NCBI GenBank assembly: GCA_965140785.1
Contig: OZ223497.1
Location: forward strand, 241,711-305,710
Origin: an uncultured Ruficoccus sp.
GTDB lineage: Bacteria; Verrucomicrobiota; Verrucomicrobiia; Opitutales; Cerasicoccaceae
Direction: 5' to 3'
Length of the DNA: 64,000 nucleotides
The translations under genes were made by a program, and so were the position numbers. The notes below the pieces were generated by a model, which was not told the DNA's origin, did not search any database, and saw only the letters and a program-made list of their open reading frames with translations. Positions 59,524 through 64,000 of the stretch are shown here, in pieces. Within the stretch, counting starts at the first letter, position 1; every line of letters begins with the position of its first letter.

Positions 59524-59703
59524 GGCTGTGCTTTGGAGTTTAAGGCGTATTTCAATGGGAGGGGTAGCGGTTCGTCGAGGCGGTCTTTAGCCGCAGACGG
59601 CTCGCGCGGTTTTCAGGAGACGCATTGCTGGCTGCTTGCCCCCGTATATTCTGAGTCCGGCGCTTGACTTTGCCGGTCGAACGCAAACAATCCGAGCTTA
59701 CGC

Positions 59704-60180
59704 ATGAGCGACGAAGAAAAAAAGGATACCCCGCCCCCCGCGCCGGAAGCTGGCCAGACGCCGCCCTCCGCCGGAAACGACGATAAACCGGCCGCCCCCG
59801 CAGCCAAGCCGCAGTTCAAGGTGACGCGTTCACCCTTTACGCCGAAAGTCGGCGGTGCCGGCCAGGATAGCGGCCCTGTGAAGCTGCCGACTCCGCCCAA
59901 GCCGGTGTCAGGTGCTCCGAAACCACCGGCCCCCGCCGCTCCGAAGCCGCCGGCCCCGGCCCCCGTCGCGGGTGCTCCCAAGCCCTCTGCTCCGCCTCCC
60001 GCGGCACGCCCGAAGCCGGCCAAGCCCGTGCCCAAGGCTACCACCCGCCCTGGCAAACCCGCCGAGACGCTGGAGCCCGAATCCGCGTCGGTCAGTGTGA
60101 TGGGAGTTGCGCTGGACGCCGTCTGCGCAGTCGTGGCCGTGGTTTTCGCCGCTCTTATTTTTGTTGGGATGAAAGGTTAG
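59704..60180 (+). CDS. Pro/Ala/Lys-rich protein with C-terminal membrane anchor
   Basis: Low-complexity APKPPAP repeats; C-terminal hydrophobic helix. Confidence 0.75.
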   Translation: MSDEEKKDTPPPAPEAGQTPPSAGNDDKPAAPAAKPQFKVTRSPFTPKVGGAGQDSGPVKLPTPPKPVSGAPKPPAPAAPKPPAPAPVAGAPKPSAPPPAARPKPAKPVPKATTRPGKPAETLEPESASVSVMGVALDAVCAVVAVVFAALIFVGMKG

Positions 60181-60220
60181 GGTGGCTCGCCCGACTCAAA
60201 GACCCGAAAGTTTTTAAATT

Positions 60221-60550
60221 ATGGCATCCGAAAAGATTCAAAACCTCGATAACGATAGCTTCGACGCCGCTGTGACGGAGGCGTCCGTGCCCGTTCTGGT
60301 GGACTTCTGGGCTCCCTGGTGCGGCCCCTGTAAGGCCATTGCTCCGATTCTGGAGGAACTGGCCGAGGAGCTGGACGGCAAGGTCAACATCTGCAAAATC
60401 GATGTGGACAACAACAGCGAGCTGGCTGGCAAGTTCAATATCCGCGCCATCCCGACCATCCTGATCTTCAAGGGTGGCGAAGTGGTGGATCAGGTCGTCG
60501 GCATGACCAGCAAGGCTGACCTCACGAGCAAGCTTCAGGCCCAGCTCTAA
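60221..60550 (+). CDS. trxA: Thioredoxin
   Basis: VDFWAPWCGPCK, IPT. Confidence 0.98.
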   Translation: MASEKIQNLDNDSFDAAVTEASVPVLVDFWAPWCGPCKAIAPILEELAEELDGKVNICKIDVDNNSELAGKFNIRAIPTILIFKGGEVVDQVVGMTSKADLTSKLQAQL

Positions 60551-60600
60551 AGGCGGGCTGCGGATGCCACATGCGTGGCTCTCCACTCAGCATCCTTTCC

Positions 60601-60633
60601 ATGCGCAGGCTTTACGGCCTGCGCATTTTTTTT
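60601..60633 (+). terminator. Intrinsic terminator after trxA
   Basis: ATGCGCAGGC-TTTACG-GCCTGCGCAT followed by a T-run. Confidence 0.88.
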
Positions 60634-60733
60634 GTGTTGGGTTATGCTGCTTCTCAAAGAAAGGATAAGATGTCACTTCAGGAAAAACCTGTCCGAATGA
60701 CACGTATGGGGGGACAGCCGGGACAATATTCGC

Positions 60734-60857
60734 TGTCATCCTGAGCGAGCGGAGCGAGTCGAAGAATCTTCAGGTACGGGATTTTCTCACTTCCGGCAGA
60801 AAGACCACACGAAGAGATCCTTCGACGCATCCGCGAGCGGATTTGCTCAGGATGACA
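60734..60857. repeat. REP/MITE-like palindromic element
   Basis: 13-bp terminal inverted repeats TGTCATCCTGAGC / GCTCAGGATGACA; inner inverted pair GTCGAAGAATCT / AGATCCTTCGAC. Confidence 0.75.
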
Positions 60858-60940
60858 ACGGGCTTGGTCACGATTAGAGCGAAAGCTCTCGACCCCACTA
60901 AATCCGGCCCTTTGGCCAATCCTTCCGCGAAACGGTATTC

Positions 60941-61486
60941 TTACGGCGTCTTGATCGCCGAGAGGTTGCCGGCGAAGAGCTGCCGGTAGATTTTATTATC
61001 GGGCTGGGGCAGGCGGGACAGGTCGTAGCCCTCCGCTTTGACCTTGTAGGGGCCGTAGCGGTAGCAGGCGGCCAGCAGCGGGTAGGAGAAGTGGTTGTTC
61101 TGCTCCAGGAACTGCTTGCAGAAGGCCAGGTAGTCCATGGCCACGCTGACGTTAGCGCACCAGTTCCAGGCCAGCCGGTAGGAGGTGTTGCTGACTTCCT
61201 GCCAGGCCGGCTTGCTCAGTTGCATCATGCCGTGGGCGTAGCCGGAGTTGGCCATCGGGTTGAGGCTGCTCTCGGCCTTGGCGATAGCGTAGACGAACTT
61301 CGGGTCGAGCCCGCGAGCCGGCGCACGCTTGGAAATATAGGACCAGACATTTTCCGGCTTGGGCGGGATGCTGGCGACCGGTCGGGCCATCCAGCCGTAG
61401 GTGAGCCCGATAATGCTTCCGATAACCACACAGACCAGGCAGAAGCGCCGGGGGCTGTCGAGGAGGGTCCGAATAAATGACTTCAT
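60941..61486 (-). CDS. Lytic transglycosylase (SLT domain) protein
   Basis: AIAKAESSLNPMA, AHGMMQL, AACYRYGP; N-terminal TM. Confidence 0.88.
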   Translation of the reverse strand: MKSFIRTLLDSPRRFCLVCVVIGSIIGLTYGWMARPVASIPPKPENVWSYISKRAPARGLDPKFVYAIAKAESSLNPMANSGYAHGMMQLSKPAWQEVSNTSYRLAWNWCANVSVAMDYLAFCKQFLEQNNHFSYPLLAACYRYGPYKVKAEGYDLSRLPQPDNKIYRQLFAGNLSAIKTP

Positions 61487-61504
61487 GTTTACCGTTGGGC
61501 GAGG

Positions 61505-62548
61505 CTAGCTGTGGCGGTACTTGCGGCGGATTTTCCAGATTTCGCGGGCGTCGGCGATGACGGTCTTGAGCACCGCCGGGGTGATGGACTGCTTGGGATC
61601 GTCGCCGATGCCGGACTTGGGGTCAAGGTGCGTTTCGACCACCACGCCGTCGGCCCCGTAGGCCATGGCGGCGAGCGCCGCGCCGGGGACGAAGGCCGCG
61701 CGGCCCACCGAGTGGGAGGGGTCCACGATAACGGCGGCCCAGGTCTTTTCCTTCAACAGCTGTGTGATCGACTCGTCCGGGTGGTTGCGGTAGCCGTCCA
61801 TGGATGGCAGGGTGCCGCGCGGGCAGAGCAGGACGTTCGGGTTGCCGGCGGAGACGATGTACTCGGCTGCGGCCAGAAACTCGTCCACCGGGGCCATGGG
61901 GCGACCGCGCTTGAGCAGCACGGCAGTTTTCGAACCGGCGGTCTGGGCACCGATGTGGCGCAGCAGGGGGTAGTTGAGGGCGTTGCGGGCGCCGATCTGG
62001 ACTACGTCGATCCCGGCCTCGATCACGAGCCGCAGGTGCTCGGGTTCCATGACCTCGGTGTTGATGGCCAGGCCGGTGCGGGCACGGGCTTCCAGCAGGA
62101 TATCGAGCGCGGCATTATCGCCCTGATAGGAGTAGGGCATGGTGCGGGGCTTCCAGACGCCTCCGCGCAGCACGTGGCCACCGGCTTCCTTGACCGCTTG
62201 GGCGGTTTCGTAGAAAAGGTTCGGGTTCTTCGGGTCGATGGTGCAGGGCCCGGCGATGAAGAGTGGCTCGGCGCCGACCTCGACCCCGGCGAGCTTGAGC
62301 TTGCCCTCGGCCAGCGAGGACTTGATGTCCATCAGCTTGTAGGGCGAGTCGATGGCGTCCACCCGGTTCACGTAGTCCAGGCCGAGGAGCCGGTTCATCA
62401 TGGTCTCGTGCCGCTCGTCTCCGAGGATGGCATAGATACAGCGCTCGGCGCCGACAATGACCTGAATGCGGCAGCCGAATTCACCGACGATCTTTTCAAC
62501 TTCGGCCAGTTGATCCGGGGTGAGGCGAGGTTCGCGTGGGATGATCAT
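61505..62548 (-). CDS. aroF: 3-deoxy-7-phosphoheptulonate (DAHP) synthase, type I-beta
   Basis: IAGPC, RGGVWKPRTMPYSYQG, QIGARN, LLKRG, VDPSH; N-terminal regulatory extension. Confidence 0.9.
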   Translation of the reverse strand: MIIPREPRLTPDQLAEVEKIVGEFGCRIQVIVGAERCIYAILGDERHETMMNRLLGLDYVNRVDAIDSPYKLMDIKSSLAEGKLKLAGVEVGAEPLFIAGPCTIDPKNPNLFYETAQAVKEAGGHVLRGGVWKPRTMPYSYQGDNAALDILLEARARTGLAINTEVMEPEHLRLVIEAGIDVVQIGARNALNYPLLRHIGAQTAGSKTAVLLKRGRPMAPVDEFLAAAEYIVSAGNPNVLLCPRGTLPSMDGYRNHPDESITQLLKEKTWAAVIVDPSHSVGRAAFVPGAALAAMAYGADGVVVETHLDPKSGIGDDPKQSITPAVLKTVIADAREIWKIRRKYRHS

Positions 62549-62578
62549 GGAGAGAAAATACTGAGGGAAAAAGAGTGA

Positions 62579-63472
62579 TTAGGGCCGGGGGGCGCGACGC
62601 GCATGGGGTACGCCGTGGCGTGAGGGACGCTGCGGAGGCAGGCTAAAATGGGTCCGGGAGAGCGCGGGATTGGTTTCCAGGACGAGCTTGAAGGAGTTCG
62701 GAACGGGAGACTCGACCCGAAATTTCTGCAACTTGCCCTCGTGCATGAAGTCGAAGGCGAGCGCGGCCGAGTGCAGGAATAGCCGGTCGAAGCCCAGGGC
62801 GCGAGCGAGCATGCGGTTGGTGCGGAAGTCGCCGTAGGTCTTGTCCCCGAGGATGGGAAAGCCCCGGTTGGAAGCCTGGATGCGGAGCTGGTGCGTCTTG
62901 CCGGTGGTCGGCATGAGCTTGATGAGGGAGAGGTCGAGACGGTTGGCGTCCTGCTTCATGAACTGCTGACGGCAGCGCATCTGGACGGGGCGGCCGCTGC
63001 GGGAGCCGCCATAGGGGGCGGACGAGGCGGAGAACGTGTCCACCCAGGTATCCTGGGCGGGTGGACGCCCGCGGACGATGGCGAAATAGTTTTTCTCCAT
63101 CCGGTGCGAGCTGAACACCTCCCGTATGGTTTTGGCCATTTCAAGGGACTGGGCGAGCAGGATCACGCCGGAGGTGGCCGAGTCGAGCCGGTGGCACAGG
63201 AACAGCTCGTCGCCCTGGTCGTTGAGATCGTAGTAGCGCTCGTCCTGATTGCTGTAATGGGCCTCCAACAGCGAGCGGTGCTTGTCCTTGCGGCTGTTGG
63301 GGTGGGAAAGAATATTGACGGGTTTCTCCAAGGCGATCAGGCCTGCCGGATGCACGTCAAGCACGCGGACATTGTGCCCGAGCGGGTAGCGCTTTTCCCA
63401 TTCTTCGAAAGACATGTCAGAAAGTGGTTTTGTGCTGGGTTCTTGGGATGGTGGCAGGCCGGTAGCTGTCAA
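62579..63472 (-). CDS. RluA-family RNA pseudouridine synthase
   Basis: HRLDSATSG, TGKTHQLR, PILGDKTYG, LFLHS; true start may be ATG 63415. Confidence 0.93.
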   Translation of the reverse strand: MTATGLPPSQEPSTKPLSDMSFEEWEKRYPLGHNVRVLDVHPAGLIALEKPVNILSHPNSRKDKHRSLLEAHYSNQDERYYDLNDQGDELFLCHRLDSATSGVILLAQSLEMAKTIREVFSSHRMEKNYFAIVRGRPPAQDTWVDTFSASSAPYGGSRSGRPVQMRCRQQFMKQDANRLDLSLIKLMPTTGKTHQLRIQASNRGFPILGDKTYGDFRTNRMLARALGFDRLFLHSAALAFDFMHEGKLQKFRVESPVPNSFKLVLETNPALSRTHFSLPPQRPSRHGVPHARRAPRP

Positions 63473-63512
63473 CGGGCTTACTCAGACCACCGGCGCAGGT
63501 AATTGCACGCGG

Positions 63513-64000
63513 CTAACGGTAGAAGAAAGTAATGCGGATGGTTTGTTCCTCGCCGAGGGTGGCGACCATCTCCTTCGTCCAGGGGCCGAAGGGAGCGCGG
63601 GAGAGGATGGCGTCCTGCACCATCAGGGTGGCCGGGCGGCTCGCGCTGGTGAAGATGACTTTCAGGTCGGTGACCTGTCCCTGCTGGTTGAGCTTGTACT
63701 CGGCCACGACCTTCGTGCCGTAGTCGGCGGAGGTGTAGTTGAACTGTCGGCCCAGCAGGTTCCACTGGGCGGAAATGGCTTCGATCATGCGCTGCTGGTA
63801 GGCGCCGAATTCGCTGAAATTAGCGTCGATGGCGAGCGCGCCCATGCGGCTGGCAGAAACGGGCGTCTGCATGAGCGGGCCGGGCGGGACCTTGAAGTTA
63901 ATACGCGGACGGGGCTTGGGCGAGGGTTGGCCCTGCTGCGCCTGCTGGGTGGGGGCGACTTCCTCCATCTGGACCTGGATCTCGCGCTGCGGGCGTGGGG
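63513..64000 (-). CDS. Partial TonB/TolA C-terminal-like protein (runs off window end)
   Basis: Pro/Gln-rich linker, then FGAYQQRMIEAISAQW...G.V....RAPFGPW; frame is open to the window edge. Confidence 0.65.
   Translation of the reverse strand, partial: PRPQREIQVQMEEVAPTQQAQQGQPSPKPRPRINFKVPPGPLMQTPVSASRMGALAIDANFSEFGAYQQRMIEAISAQWNLLGRQFNYTSADYGTKVVAEYKLNQQGQVTDLKVIFTSASRPATLMVQDAILSRAPFGPWTKEMVATLGEEQTIRITFFYR

Noticed and set aside
1..64000. CRISPR array, rRNA, IS transposase or anti-phage defence system
   Set aside because: No regularly spaced direct repeats or diagnostic motifs were seen by eye.

Overview
GC-rich bacterial chromosome segment whose gene content (PEP-CTERM proteins, prepilin-type H-X9-DG-like proteins, many LacI regulators, sulfatases, LptD) is consistent with Verrucomicrobiota, probably Opitutia (inference, not a database result). 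About 1-31 kb is an accessory carbohydrate-utilisation region. It holds two similarly built modules of LacI regulator + prepilin-like protein + PEP-CTERM protein + glycan-active enzymes, each with a candidate operator motif. It also holds an FGGY kinase/oxidoreductase/LacI cluster, three decayed genes (DHDPS-family aldolase, sulfatase remnant, GPH-family MFS transporter) and a 2088-aa secreted GH81-like protein split by a ~530-aa GSGY-repeat insertion. About 32-43.8 kb is an eight-gene MoxR/DUF58/VWA/ABC operon next to tRNA-Ala(GGC). About 44-64 kb is mostly housekeeping: frameshifted ruvA, dapB, dapA, PilT/PilU ATPase, cstA, two Gfo/Idh/MocA oxidoreductases, a putative antiporter, lptD, scpA, trxA, an SLT protein, DAHP synthase, RluA and a partial TonB-like gene, plus an unlisted 47-aa lipoprotein and a REP/MITE-like palindrome. 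No integrase, transposase, CRISPR array or rRNA was seen. All family calls come from motif recognition by eye.
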